64,000 bases of DNA from Eledone cirrhosa (Eukaryota): NCBI GenBank assembly GCA_964016885.1, contig OZ024750.1:36208001-36272000 (forward strand), written 5' to 3'. Position 1 is the stretch's first letter. The number at the start of each line of letters is the position of its first letter. Position numbers and translations under genes: made by a program. This document shows positions 1-12,732 of this stretch, in pieces. The notes below the pieces were generated by a model. That model did no database searches, was not told the origin of the DNA, and worked only from the letters and a program-made list of their open reading frames with translations.

Positions 1-363
1 GATGCCCTTCCTAACACCAACCACATTTACAGTGTGGGGCTGGGAGGTTTTTACCGTGTTGCCTACATGGCCACATTACAGCGTGGACTGTCTGGCGGGT
101 TTTCTACAGCTGGATGCCCTTCCTAACACCAACCACATTTATAGTGTGGGGCTGGTTTTTTTTTACCGTGTTGCCTACATGGCCACATTTACAGCGTGGA
201 CTGTGTGTTTTTTTGTCGTGACACCTACACGACCTCATTTGTTTCGGCCTGGATGTTGTGGCACCAACATAACTTTTCATGGTACCAACTCTGATTGCGT
301 TTGGAGGGTGGGAGCGGTGGGGCGAAGGGAGGGATGGGGTTATGTTAGCCATCCTCGGCCGAA
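1..363 (-). mobile_element. Internally deleted RTE LINE derivative: 3' UTR joined directly to the ORF start region (runs off window start)
   Basis: 1-275 matches the RTE 3' UTR at ~7290-7560, including the ~112-bp duplication. 276-363 matches 10678-10772 of the full-length copy. Confidence 0.8.
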
Positions 364-488
364 ATTCTAAATTTCAAGAATTCAATCAGCAATGGTGTAT
401 TTTGATTATCAGTATCAGTAGTGCGTCGCACAATATGCTTTGTAGCATTTTGTTGTGTCCCTTTATGTTATGATTTCAAATACGTGGG

Positions 489-592
489 TTGATAGAATAA
501 AGTACCAGTAATGCACTGTGGTCAATTTTAATCGACTTTCCCCTCCCTCGAAAATTGTTGGCCTAGTGCCTAAATCAATTATTATTATTATT
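489..592 (+). mobile_element. SINE family A fragment (3' part, ATT tail)
   Basis: gatagaataaagtaccagtaatgcactg...ggcctagtgccta followed by (att)n. Confidence 0.6.
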
Positions 593-797
593 GGGAATTT
601 GTAGTTTACTTGAAGCATTGTATACGGTATAAAGAATTCAAAGTTGGAAAGGCACAACAATGCAGATTGGATGGAAAATAATTAAGTCTTAAGAAACGGT
701 GGGTGTACAGCATGGTATAGCAAGCCACATCAGGCACTGGAATAGTTCCTTTATTTTCCTCAGAAGAAGAGATATTAGTCTCGAAATATTAGGACAT

Positions 798-1750
798 GAC
801 AAAATCAGCAGTGGGGGAGGGTGCTCTGAAAGTACAGTAGCCAGAGTGAGAACTGTTTGGAAAAAGTTCAGAGAGCTTATACCACTAATGGCCGCTAAAG
901 GTTTCTCTCTAAAAATGAAAGGCAGACTGTATGATGCCTGCATACGAACAGCAATGTTACACGGCAGTGAGACATGGACATTGTGTGCAGAGGACCTGCG
1001 CAGACTGGAGAAGAACGAAGCATGCATGCTCTGCTGGATGTGTAATAGTAAAATATGTGAACAGCAAAGCATAAATGAACTAAGTGAGAAATTAGGTATA
1101 AGAGGGATCAGATGCTATTTACTCGAGAGAGGACTATGTTGGTATGATCACGTGATGTGTATGAAAGATGACAGCTGTATAAAAAAGTGCAGGGCGATCA
1201 AAATTTATGGAAGTTATGGAGTAGGCAGACCCAGAAAAACCTTGAACGATTTGATAAATTCCGACCTTACACACTTACACCTCTCTAAGATAATGTCACT
1301 GGACCAAGATCTTTGGCGCTACGCAGTAATACAGAAAACCCGCCTTGCCTAAGTACAAAGTGAAACCTACAGTCAGTAGGCACCGCTTAATCAAATATAC
1401 ACCGCCCTCTCACTACCCCAACTCCCACACCCCCATCAACACCACCTCTTTCTCTGTAAAGTTATGTTAGTGCCACAACATCCAGTTCTAAATAAATGAG
1501 GTCATGTAGGTGTCACGACAAAAAAAAACACACAGTCCACGCTGTAATGTGGCCGTGTAGGTAACACAGTAAAAACCTCCCAGTCCACCACTGTAAATGT
1601 GGTTGATGTTAGGAAGGGCATCCAGCCGTAGAAAACCTGCCAGACAGTCCCATACGAGCGAGACGACCAATCTTACCTCAAGTGGGACAATTCCTGTCTA
1701 AACCCATGCTAGCATGGAAGATAGACATTAAACGATGATGATGATGATGA
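798..1750 (+). mobile_element. 5'-truncated RTE LINE (RT C-terminus, 3' UTR, (GAT)n tail)
   Basis: ORF 699-1352 from DKISSGGGCSES... is highly similar to the C-terminus of the 7661-8881 ORF. 3' UTR motif gttaggaagggcatccag; ends in gatgatgat. Confidence 0.9.
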
Positions 1751-2459
1751 ATAAATTAAGGTAAAGAAACATCCCTCGTTTCCTACAACATGGTTATTTT
1801 CCATCCAGTTCGCATATATCCTTGGATATCTTTATATTCTCATACACCTCACTGGGCTTCAACCAGGCCTGGGGTGTTTGATGGTTTTTTATGAAACATT
1901 TTTCCAGCTCCATTGATAAGTGATTATTATTTATACAATTTGGTTTCACAAGCTGGAACATTCAAACAAACTCTACTACAACATTCTGAGTTTTCTTTTT
2001 TCTTTTCAGAGACATTCAGTTGTTATATCTTGTTACATTGCTTCCATTTTTTTTTTTACATGAGAAAATTCTTTGATAAGAAAGTGAGTGTCTGCTTTCT
2101 GTTACTAAAAGTTAGAGATGTGTAACTATTTCTTATTTCTTAAATTGAGTGAAATTTTATTGCAGACCCAGTTATTTGGGCAGCTACTCATGCATTAAAA
2201 AAATGTTTATGGTTTATTTTATATCTGATAGTTAATGGAATCTGTGCTTTTCTTTAATATTATTTTTGATGACCATAAAACTATAATCTTTATTGTAAAC
2301 TGAAATAATCAATAATTGCTGATGGAGGGAAGACTTGTTTACTCGTACTTCTGTATGAGATATCTAGCTTCAAATAGACGGTGACCTCTGCACTTCGTAA
2401 TTACTTTAAAAGACAATAAAATATAATAAAAAATCTTAAGACAAATTGTAGTACAAGAG

Positions 2460-2885
2460 CCACATGTAGGGAGGTGTCATGGTAAATGTATCCATTACTC
2501 TGTGGTGTTAGAAAGGACATTTAGTGGTAGAAACCAAATCTGATGACAAACTGTAGTAAGAGAACCAGGTTTAAGCAAGTGTTATGGTAAAATGTACCGA
2601 GGACTCTCTGGTGTTAAAAAGGACATCTAGCTGTAGAAACCAAATCTTAAGACAAACTTTAGTAAAAGAACGATATTGAGGGAAGTGTTATGGTAAAATG
2701 TACCCAGTACTCCATGGTGTTAGGAAGGACATCTAGTGGTAGAAACTATGCTAAAAATGAAATGTATGAGCAAGACATGATCCCCTGATTAGTCAAGCCT
2801 CAAAACACAATATGTCTAACCCATGCAAACATAGAAAATGGATGTTAAATAGTGATGATGATGGTGGTGAAGATGATGATGATTA
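2460..2885 (+). repeat. Degenerate RTE/SINE 3' tail, triplicated (~110-120 bp units), ending in (GAT)n
   Basis: Three copies of gtgttatggtaaaatgtacc..actct..ggtgttaggaaggacatctagtggtagaaac. Confidence 0.65.
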
Positions 2886-2997
2886 TTTTGAATGTGAGGA
2901 CAATTATGAAATGTTTTAGCCAGATGCAAATGTAATGAATTTGTTTATTCATTTCTCACCTATTTATATATTTCTGAATATTATTTCTGTATTATTT

Positions 2998-3115
2998 ATG
3001 AGTTCAAATACCGCCGAGGTTAACCTTGCTTTTCATCCTTACGGGGTCGATAAAATAATGTACCAGTAATGCACTGGGTAATTGCTGGCCTTGTGCTAAA
3101 AGTAGAAACAATTAT
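2998..3115 (+). mobile_element. SINE family A (tRNA-derived, Nin/Deu-like central domain), 5'-truncated
   Basis: B box gagttcaaatac, then gccgaggttaaccttgcttttcatccttacggggtcgataaa, then tail. Confidence 0.8.
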
Positions 3116-3649
3116 TTATGTACCTAATGCTACCTACAGGGGTAACACAATGTTTACTCCCCAAATTACCCATCATATGATGTGTTACACTTTAGTTCAA
3201 TCCTAAACAAAAAACATTGATCTCTACAGTGAGATTTTTTTCATAACATCTAGACATTGCAAGTATTCTATTTTATCATAGATTGTGTGTGTATTTCATT
3301 GAGTATGCGTGGGTCCAGTGTTAAATTTAGTGTGTGTGTGGGGGAGGGGGCAAATTCAGGTTTGGCAGGCCCCCTTATACACAAAATATTAGAATACACA
3401 GCAAACCCCCTCAATTTTACATATCAAAGTTAGCTTAGCGCAAGTAATTGGAATTGAAAAGTTATACATACAGGTATTAAATTAAAAAATTCTAACCATC
3501 CTAAAACTAAAATGCTCAGCTGAGGGCACAAATTGTTATGCCCATCACTGGTGAGACCCCCATCTGCAGAAGGCCTGGAGCAATTGCCTCTTTTGTGTGT
3601 GTGTGTGTGTGTGTCCCATTATATCCAGCCTTCTGCATGACCACAGTTT

Positions 3650-3905
3650 GTATCTTCATAAATATTTTCACCTATATTGAAACTTCTCCTCATGTTATCT
3701 TGGACTGCCCTCTTACTTTACTCTGTAAATAAAGATTTCCAACGCCATTGATCTTCATCAACTAATACCAAATTCTAAATATTTTCACCTCTATTGGAAC
3801 TCCATGTTATTTTCTCATGTTGTCTTGTGTATCTAGCTCTCATCTTTACTCTGTCAATAAAGATTAAAGATTTCAAGCTCCAATCATCTTCATCAACTAA
3901 TGCCA
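3650..3905. repeat. Imperfect tandem duplication (~120 bp x2)
   Basis: aaatattttcacct...ctttactctgt.aataaagatt...atcttcatcaactaat occurs twice. Confidence 0.7.
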
Positions 3906-4147
3906 AATCTTTCACATTTTAACTTACACAGTTGATTTCACTTATCAAATTATTCTTATTTTAATTGATATTAATATTTTTTAATAACTTGGACTGAGGG
4001 AAGAGCCTCTACCCATGAACGTTGCTGGACATCTTAGAACTTTGAGATCAATAAGGTTGATGGTGTTCTTGAATAACTGCAAGATATTCCCGTAATAGAT
4101 ATATTGTAGTGCACCTGAGTACTACACAATAATTTTCATTATTATTT

Positions 4148-4430
4148 GGCCTTTCATCCTTACGGGGTCGATAAAATAAAGTACCAGTAATGCACTGGGT
4201 AATTGCTGGCCTTGTGCCTAAAAGTAGAAGCAATTATTATTTGGCAGTATCAGTAGAGGGTCGGACGCCATGCTTTGACGCAAAGAGTTATGTCCATTTA
4301 CGATCTGAGTTCAAATCCCGCCGAGGTTAACTTTGCCTTTCATCCTTACGGGGTCATAAAGTACCAGTAATGTACTGGGTAATTGCTGGCCTTGTGCCAA
4401 AAGTAGAAACAATTATTATTTTTATTATTA
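4148..4430 (+). mobile_element. Two tandem SINE family A copies, preceded by a CR1 3'-end remnant (4105-4145)
   Basis: Repeated cctttcatccttacggggtc...gtagaaacaattatt. 4105-4145 matches the CR1 tail at ~47420-47460. Confidence 0.8.
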
Positions 4431-4621
4431 TGCACAACTATAGCTGCAGCCTGAACAACAATTTCTATAAATTTCTATAAGGGCAACGTAAGAATAGTGA
4501 GCTATAAGGAGCTGAGAAGTTAGAATATAATAAATACAATCATTGAGTTAAAACCTGTTTTATTGTTTGTTTAGATGGAATTAGAGGTGTAGATAGGTGA
4601 GTGTGTAATAGTTAATGATAG

Positions 4622-6742
4622 AAGTTAGGGTTAGAGGTAGGGTTAGTATAGTTACTGTGAGTGTATATTAGGGTTAGTATTAATGTTAGTATAGTTACTG
4701 TGATTGTATATTAGGGTTAGTATTAATGTTAGTATAGTTACTGTGAGTGTATATTAGGGTTAGAGGTAGGGTTAGTATAGTTACTGTGAGTGTATATTAG
4801 GGTTAGTATTAATGTTAGTATAGTTACTATGAGTGTATATTAGGGTTAGTATTAATGTTAGTATAGTTACTGTGAGTGTATATTAGGGTTAGTATTAATG
4901 TTAGTATAGTTACTATGAGTGTATATTAGGGTTAGTATTAATGTTAGTATAGTTACTGTGAGTGTATATTAGGGTTAGTATTAATGTTAGTATAGTTACT
5001 GTGAGTGTATATTAGGGTTAGTATTAATGTTAGTATAGTTACTGTGAGAGTATATTAGGGTTAGTATTAATGTTAGTATAGTTACTGTGAGTGTATATTA
5101 GGGTTAGTATTAATGTTAGTATAGTTACTGTGAGTGTATATTAGGGTTAGTATTAATGTTAGTATAGTTACTGTGAGTGTATATTAGGGTTAGTATTAAT
5201 GTTAGTATAGTTACTGTGAGTGTATATTAGGGTTAGTATTAATGTTAGTATAGTTACTGTGAGTGTATATTAGGGTTAGTATTAATGTTAGTATAGTTAC
5301 TGTGAGAGTATATTAGGGTTAGTATTAATGTTAGTATAGTTACTGTGAGAGTATATTAGGGTTAGTATTAATGTTAGTATAGTTACTGTGAGAGTATATT
5401 AGGGTTAGTATTAATGTTAGTATAGTTACTGTGAGTGTATATTAGGGTTAGTATTAATGTTAGTATAGTTACTGTGAGAGTATATTAGGGTTAGTATTAA
5501 TGTTAGTATAGTTACTGTGAGAGTATATTAGGGTTAGTATTAATGTTAGTATAGTTACTGTGAGAGTATATTAGGGTTAGTATTAATGTTAGTATAGTTA
5601 CTGTGAGAGTATATTAGGGTTAGTATTAATGTTAGTATAGTTACTGTGAGTGTATATTAGGGTTAGTATTAATGTTAGTATAGTTACTGTGAGAGTATAT
5701 TAGGGTTAGTATTAATGTTAGTATAGTTACTGTGAGTGTATATTAGGGTTAGTATTAATGTTAGTATAGTTACTGTGAGTGTATATTAGGGTTAGTATTA
5801 ATGTTAGTATAGTTACTGTGAGTGTATATTAGGGTTAGTATTAATGTTAGTATAGTTACTGTGAGTGTATATTAGGGTTAGTATTAATGTTAGTATAGTT
5901 ACTGTGAGAGTATATTAGGGTTAGTATTAATGTTAGTATAGTTACTGTGAGAGTATATTAGGGTTAGTATTAATGTTAGTATAGTTACTGTTAGAGTATA
6001 TTAGGGTTAGTATTAATGTTAGTATAGTTACTGTGAGAGTATATTAGGGTTAGTATTAATGTTAGTATAGTTACTGTGAGAGTATATTAGGGTTAGTATT
6101 AATGTTAGTATAGTTACTGTGAGTGTATATTAGGGTTAGTATTAATGTTAGTATAGTTACTGTGAGAGTATATTAGGGTTAGTATTAATGTTAGTATAGT
6201 TACTGTGAGTGTATATTAGGGTTAGTATTAATGTTAGTATAGTTACTGTGAGTGTATATTAGGGTTAGTATTAATGTTAGTATAGTTACTGTGAGTGTAT
6301 ATTAGGGTTAGTATTAATGTTAGTATAGTTACTGTGAGTGTATATTAGGGTTAGTATTAATGTTAGTATAGTTACTGTGAGAGTATATTAGGGTTAGTAT
6401 TAATGTTAGTATAGTTACTGTGAGAGTATATTAGGGTTAGTATTAATGTTAGTATAGTTACTGTGAGAGTATATTAGGGTTAGTATTAATGTTAGTATAG
6501 TTACTGTGAGTGTATATTAGGGTTAGTATTAATGTTAATATAGTTACTGTGAGTGTATATTAGGGTTAGTATTAATGTTAGTATAGTTACTGTGAGTGTA
6601 TATTAGGGTTAGGGTTGGCATTAATGTTAGTATAGTTACTGTGAGTGTATATTAGGGTTAGTATTAATGATAGTATAGTTACTGTGAGTGTATATTAGGG
6701 TTATAGTTAGGGTTAGTATTAATGTTAGTATAGTTACTGTGA
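4622..6742. repeat. 43-bp minisatellite (~48 copies) containing TTAGGG and degenerate hexamers
   Basis: Unit ttagggttagtattaatgttagtatagttactgtga(g/a)tgtata-like, period 43. Confidence 0.95.
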
Positions 6743-7052
6743 GCATATATAAAAATTTGTATATAAAAATATTTTCACAAGAAAAGACTTATTAAACCAT
6801 CCTTGTATGTGCCATCGATTCTGGTCATTACAAATATACAAAATGGTTCTTAGTTTAGAAAAAGAAGAAGTTTTTACACATCTCTCTTTTCTAAAAGTGT
6901 CCAAATGTTGAACAATTTTCACCCCAAAAGAAACAGTATCAATTGAATTTATCAACTATGTTAAAAATATACTCAGCGAAATTCATTTACTTGAACACAC
7001 ATACACATTTAAGTTCACAAACACATTCATATATATGTGTGAGTATGTCTGT

Positions 7053-7055
<3 letters not shown>

Positions 7056-7090
<35 letters not shown>

Positions 7091-7093
7091 TAC

Positions 7094-7152
<59 letters not shown>
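7056..7152. repeat. (TA)n microsatellite flanking the RTE 3' end
   Basis: Direct observation. Confidence 0.95.
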
Positions 7153-7155
<3 letters not shown>

Positions 7156-10100
7156 TCATCATCATCATCATCATCAGGTTTAGCGTCCGTGTTCCACGCT
7201 TGCATGGGTTTGGACGGGGGTTTTCCCACTTGAGGCAAGAGTGGTTGTCTTGCTCGCATAGGACTGTCTGGCGGGTTTTCTACAGTTGGATGCCCTTCCT
7301 AACACCAACCACATTTACAGTGTGGGGCTGGGAGGTTTTTACCGTGTTGCCTACACGGCCACATTACAGCGTGGACTGTCTGGCGGGTTTTCTACAGCTG
7401 GATGCCCTTCCTAACACCAACCACATTTACAGTGTGGGGCTGGGAGGTTTTTACCGTGTTGCCTACACGGCCACATTTACAGTGTGGACTGTGTGTTTTT
7501 TGTCGTGACACCTACACGATCTCATTTGTTTCGGCCTGGATGTTGTGGGACCAACATAACTGTACATTGAAAGGGGCGGTGTGGATGGGGTGGAGGTGGT
7601 GGGACGGGGGGGTGTTTTGATAGAGATGCCTACTGACTGTAGTAGGTTTTTACTTTGTATTTAGGTAAGGCGGGTCTTCTCTATTACAGAGTACCGCCAA
7701 AGGTCTCGGTCCAGTGACATTGTCTTGGAGAGGTGTAAGCGTGTGAGGTCGGAATTTATCAGCTCGTCCCATGTTTTTCTGGGTCTGCCTACTCCGTGGC
7801 TACCGTCTATCTTTATTGCCCTGCACTTTGTTATACAGCTGTCGTCTTTCATGCGCATCACGTGACCGTACCAACGTAGCCTTCTCTCGAGTAAACAACA
7901 TCTGATCCCTCTTATTTCTAATTTTTTCCTTAGTTCGTTTATGCTTTGCCGTTCACGTATATTACTATTGCACATCCAGCGGAGCATGCAAGCTTCGTTC
8001 CTCTCTAGTCTGCGTATATCCTCTGCACACAATGCCCAGGTCTCACTGCCATGCAGCATTGCTGTTCGTATGCAGGCATCGTATAACCTGCCTTTCATTT
8101 TTAGGGAGAACCCTCTAGCGGCTAATAGTGGTATAAGCTCTCTGAACTTTTTCCATCCAGTTCTGACTCTAGCTACTGTACTTTCAGAGCACCCTCCCCC
8201 ACTGCTGATTTTGTCACCCAGGTAACGGAAGCTGTCCACTATTTCTATAGAACCCTCTGCGCAGTTGAAGGAGCTAGTATTTTGTGGGCACTTGCTGCTA
8301 CTTATTGCACCAGAGCACCGGCCACATGTAAAATCTATGTTCTTAGTTAGCTTTCCTGTGATCCCACTACATCTTTTATGCACCCATACTTTGCATTTGG
8401 GACATAAAATGGAGTTTCTACCTACGCCTTTCCTATACACTGAGCATGGCCATTTCCCAGATGGGACTGCCGCCATATTTTCTTTCCTACAAACTAGAAC
8501 TTTAGTCTTAGCCAGGTTAATTTTAAGGCCTTTTGATTCTAGGCCGTGCTTCCATGTTTGGAATTTCTTCTCTAGTTCGGTCACTGATTCAGCTATGAGC
8601 GTTAGATCATCTGCGTATAGGAGTTCCCATGGGCAGCCGGTCTTGAACTCCTCTGTTATAGCCTGAAGGGCAATAATAAATAGTAGGGGGCTAAGAACAG
8701 AGCCCTGATGGACACCAACTTTTACGCTAAACTCTTCACTATATTCGTTGTTAATTCTAACCTTACTGACTGTTTCTTTATACATGGTTTGTATAGCTCT
8801 CACAAGCCATTCGTCAACACCTAGTTTTCTAAGAGACCACCAGATAATGGAACGGGGGACTCTGTCGAAGGCTTTCTCCAAGTCGACGAAAGCTAAGTAG
8901 AGGGGTTTACTTTTAGCTAGGTACTTCTCCTATAGTTGTCGTACAATGAAAAGAGCGTCTGTGGTACTTTTGCCTGACACAAATCCGAACTGCATTTCAT
9001 CTAGATCAATTCTCTCTCTGATTAGTTGCGCTATTACTTTTTCCGTGACCTTCATGACCTGGTCGATTAATTTAATGCCTCTATAGTTACTCCTATCTAG
9101 GGCATCTCCTTTTCCCTTATAGCAGTTAACGATGATGCTGCTACGCCAGTCCTTCGGAACAACCCCATTCTGTACGACTTGGTTAACTATCCGGGTGACC
9201 ATGGTGTGTCCCACCGAACCAGATGCCTTCAGCATCTCAGCAACTATTTCCGAAGGACCAGCCGCCTTACCCGTCTTCATATCTTTGATTGCCTTGCTAA
9301 TTGTACTTCCCTGGACTAACACTGCTGGTCCCTCTATTGGGTCGATGTGGGGGAGACTGTCTTTCTCCCATTTGTTCTCCTCATTTAGAAGCCTTTCGTA
9401 GTGACACTTCCAAGCTACCTTCTTATCAGCGTCGGTGATGGCAAGTATGCCATCATCGTTAAGCACACACTTCTCCCCGACAATATCACGGTTTTCCTTG
9501 ACACATTGCCTGGCAATCCTGAACACCTCACGTTTTTGGTCCTCACGTTGTAGAACATGCTTGAACTTTCTTTCCTCTGCTTCCCTTCTTGCGAAGTACA
9601 CTTGTCTCCTAGCTTCCCTCCTGGCCACCTGATAGTCTTCTCCACTTCCCCCATCCCGCCATGCTTTCCAAGCCTGCTTTTTGGCCTTAATTGACTCCTC
9701 CACCTTACTGTTCCACCACCATGTTACTCTCCTCCTACCTACAGGCCTGCTCCAGCCACAGACTTCGTCTGCCGCCGTCAGCAGGTTTGCTCTCAGGAAT
9801 TCCCACTGTTCCTCTATATTATACGACTCTAATTGCTCTTCCTTACTGTCGAAAGCGTCAAGTAATATGCTTTGAAATTTATTTCTGGCTATGGGGTCCT
9901 TTAGCTTCCATATTTTTCTCCTGAGGATAGTCCTCTTCCGCTGTCGAGTACGTCTCGTCCTGACTATGAGGTCGCTAATTATCAGTCTATGTTGGGAGGT
10001 GAATTCTTCATGGGGGAGGGATTTAGTGTTAACAACAGACACTCTGTCATGTCTTCTGGTAAGGATATAATCTACCTGGCTTGTGTGTTCCCCCGATCTA

Positions 10101-10980
10101 TAGGTGATCAAGTGATTGTCTCGTTTTTTGAAGTTAGTGTTACAGATAGTTAAGTTATTTGCGTCGCAGAATTCCAGGATTCTGGAGCCTTCCTCATTTC
10201 TAGTACCGAACCCATAGCCTCCATGGATTCCGTCATAGCCGTCACAATGCTGTCCAACGTGACCATTTAGGTCGCCTGCAATAACTATATAGTCACTGTC
10301 GGTTATTTGGGAGGTAGCGAGCATCAGTGTCTCGTAGAATCTGTCTTTTATAGCACCGGGCAGTCCGGATTGTGGTGCGTACGCAGATATTACTGTCACC
10401 GTAGTTTTATTGAGGACAAGTCTTATTTTAATTATTCTGTCGTTCACTCTATTTACGTCTATTATCTTATCTGCCCACTTTTCTGCTACCATGATTCCTA
10501 CCCCACCCAACCCATTGTCATTTCCCACCCAGAAAAGCTTATAGCATCGTTCTTTACCCACGATGAATCTAGCTGACCATCCCCTCCACCTGGTCTCTTG
10601 AATACAACAAACATCGACCTCCTTACGTTCAAGCATTTCTACAACCTCGTTAGAGCGACCCTTTAAGGTGCCTACATTCATGGTACCAACTCTGAAGTTT
10701 TGGATTGCGTTTGGAGGGTGGGAGCGGTGGGGCGCGGGGGGGATGGGGTTATGTTAGCCATCCTGGGCCGAAACAAGGCGGAGTGCTTGCATTCTCGTCC
10801 ACGAGGTGAATTTGTCTTTATCTTTGGCATTGTCGCTGAGCGTCCACATTTTTCTCACTTCAACTCTCCAGAATTCCGTAGTCCATCCATCATATCGAAA
10901 AGCAACCAGTTAGGCGATAGTATGGGCCTCTGACTTATGATTGGTCCACGTAATAATGGTGGTGCGTGGGGGCGGATTGT
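7153..10980 (-). mobile_element. Near full-length RTE-clade non-LTR retrotransposon
   Basis: Single APE+RT reading frame; 3' UTR with 112-bp duplication; (GAT)n tail at 7153-7175; GC-richer 5' region 10760-10980. Confidence 0.95.
7661..10681 (-). pseudogene. RTE ORF: apurinic-like endonuclease + reverse transcriptase (~1000 aa) with one in-frame TAG at 8930-8932
   Basis: APE motifs NVGTL, IQETRW, GDLNGH, SQVDYIL, SQHR. RT motifs YRGIKL, QFGF, DLEKAFD, GVHQGSVLSP, YADD. ORFs 8930-10681 and 7661-8881 are in the same frame: RQL*EKYLAKSKPLYLAFVDLEKAFD. Confidence 0.95.
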
Positions 10981-10981
10981 T

Positions 10982-12670
10982 AGCGAGAATGTAAGGTTTA
11001 AGATAAGATCGCCGTATTTTGGGCATAATTTAACAATAAACGAAAATACAAGATTTGTTTTGTTTAAGAAAATGCGGTGATAGGGAAAATATGATTTTTA
11101 GAGAAAAAATATGATATAGAATGGTGAAAATATGATATAGTGTGAAATTAGGACATAGAATAGTGATTGAATGAATGGATTCGAAGGGAGAGAAGAATCG
11201 AGAAAAATATTTGAACGTTACTTTATACCGCAAGAACAGCCATCCCAGAAATAGCGAGTTGGCGATTGTGATTAATTTTGGTAGGGATTTATCTTATATG
11301 TATAGAGAGGGATGGGGGGGGGGGCAGGAACCAGCATGATGTATGGGTAGGGGGTAGAAGATGGGATGGAGCAGAGGTTAAGAGTTTAAATAGGTACTAG
11401 AAGTTTTGCGTAGAACTTAGCAAGTTTAACAAAATATATTTAAAGGAATATATAATAGTGATTTGTTTTTGTTATGAAAATACGACAGAATATGAAAATA
11501 TGACAGAATTAAGCGAGAATGTAAGGTTTAAGATAAGATCGCCGTATTTTGGGCATAATTTAACAATAAACGAAAATACAAGATTTGTTTTGTTTAAGAA
11601 AATACGATAGAGAAAATGCGGTGATAGGGAAAATATGATTTTTAGAGAAAAAATATGATATAGAATGGTGAAAATATGATATAGTGTGAAATTAGGACAT
11701 AGAATAGTGATTGAATGAATGGATTCGAATGGAGAGAAGAATCGAGAAAAAATATGATATAGAATGGTGCAAATATGATATAGTGTGAAATTAGGACATA
11801 GAATAGTGATTGAATGAATGGATTCGAATGGAGAGAAGAATCGAGAAAAATATTTGAACGTTACTTTATACCGCAAGAACAGCCATCCCAGAAATAGCGA
11901 GTTGGCGATTGTGATTAATTTTGGTAGGGATTTATCTTATATGTATAGAGAGGGGGGGGGCAGGAACCAGCATGATGTATGGGTAGGGGGTAGAAGATGG
12001 GATGGAGCAGAGGTTAAGAGTTTAAATAGGTACTAGAAGTTTTGCGTAGAACTTAGCAAGTTTAACAAAATATATTTAAAGGAATATATAATAGTGATTT
12101 GTTTTTGTTATGAAAATACGACAGAATATGAAAATATGACAGAATTAAGCGAGAATGTAAGGTTTAAGATAAGATCGCCGTATTTTGGGCATAATTTAAC
12201 AATAAACGAAAATACAGGATTTGTTTTGTTTAAGAAAATACGATAGAGAAAATGCGGTGATAGGGAAAATATGATTTTTAGAGAAAAAATATGATATAGA
12301 ATGGTGAAAATATGATATAGTGTGAAATTAGGACATAGAATAGTGATTGAATGAATGGATTCGAATGGAGAGAAGAATCGAGAAAAAATATGGTATAGAA
12401 TGGTGAAAATATGATATAGTGTGAAATTAGGACATAGAATAGTGATTGAATGAATGGATTCGAATGGAGAGAAGAATCGAGAAAAAATATGGTATAGAAT
12501 GGTGAAAATATGATATAGTGTGAAATTAGGACATAGAATAGTGATTGAATGAATGGATTCGAATGGAGAGAAGAATCGAGAAAAAATATGGTATAGAATG
12601 GTGAAAATATGATATAGTGTGAAATTAGGACATAGAATAGTGATTGAATGAATGGATTCGAATGGAGAGA
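10982..12670 (-). repeat. Nested tandem array (530-640 bp units with 99-bp subunits) abutting the RTE 5' end
   Basis: Units start agcgagaatgtaaggtttaag at 10982, 11512 and 12148. The 99-bp subunit occurs 1x, 2x and ~4x in successive units. Confidence 0.9.
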
Positions 12671-12732
12671 ATATATATATATATATGTATGGAGGCACAT
12701 ATATGTATGTATCGAATATATATATATATGTA

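Noticed and set aside
4622-6742. CRISPR-like regular array
   Set aside because: Contiguous tandem units without unique spacers; no cas genes; eukaryotic context. The same applies to the other minisatellites.
8930-8932. Programmed readthrough or two-ORF organisation
   Set aside because: The stop falls mid-RT at a conserved Gln (the homologous fragment reads LQE); a simple C-to-T mutation or sequencing error is more likely.
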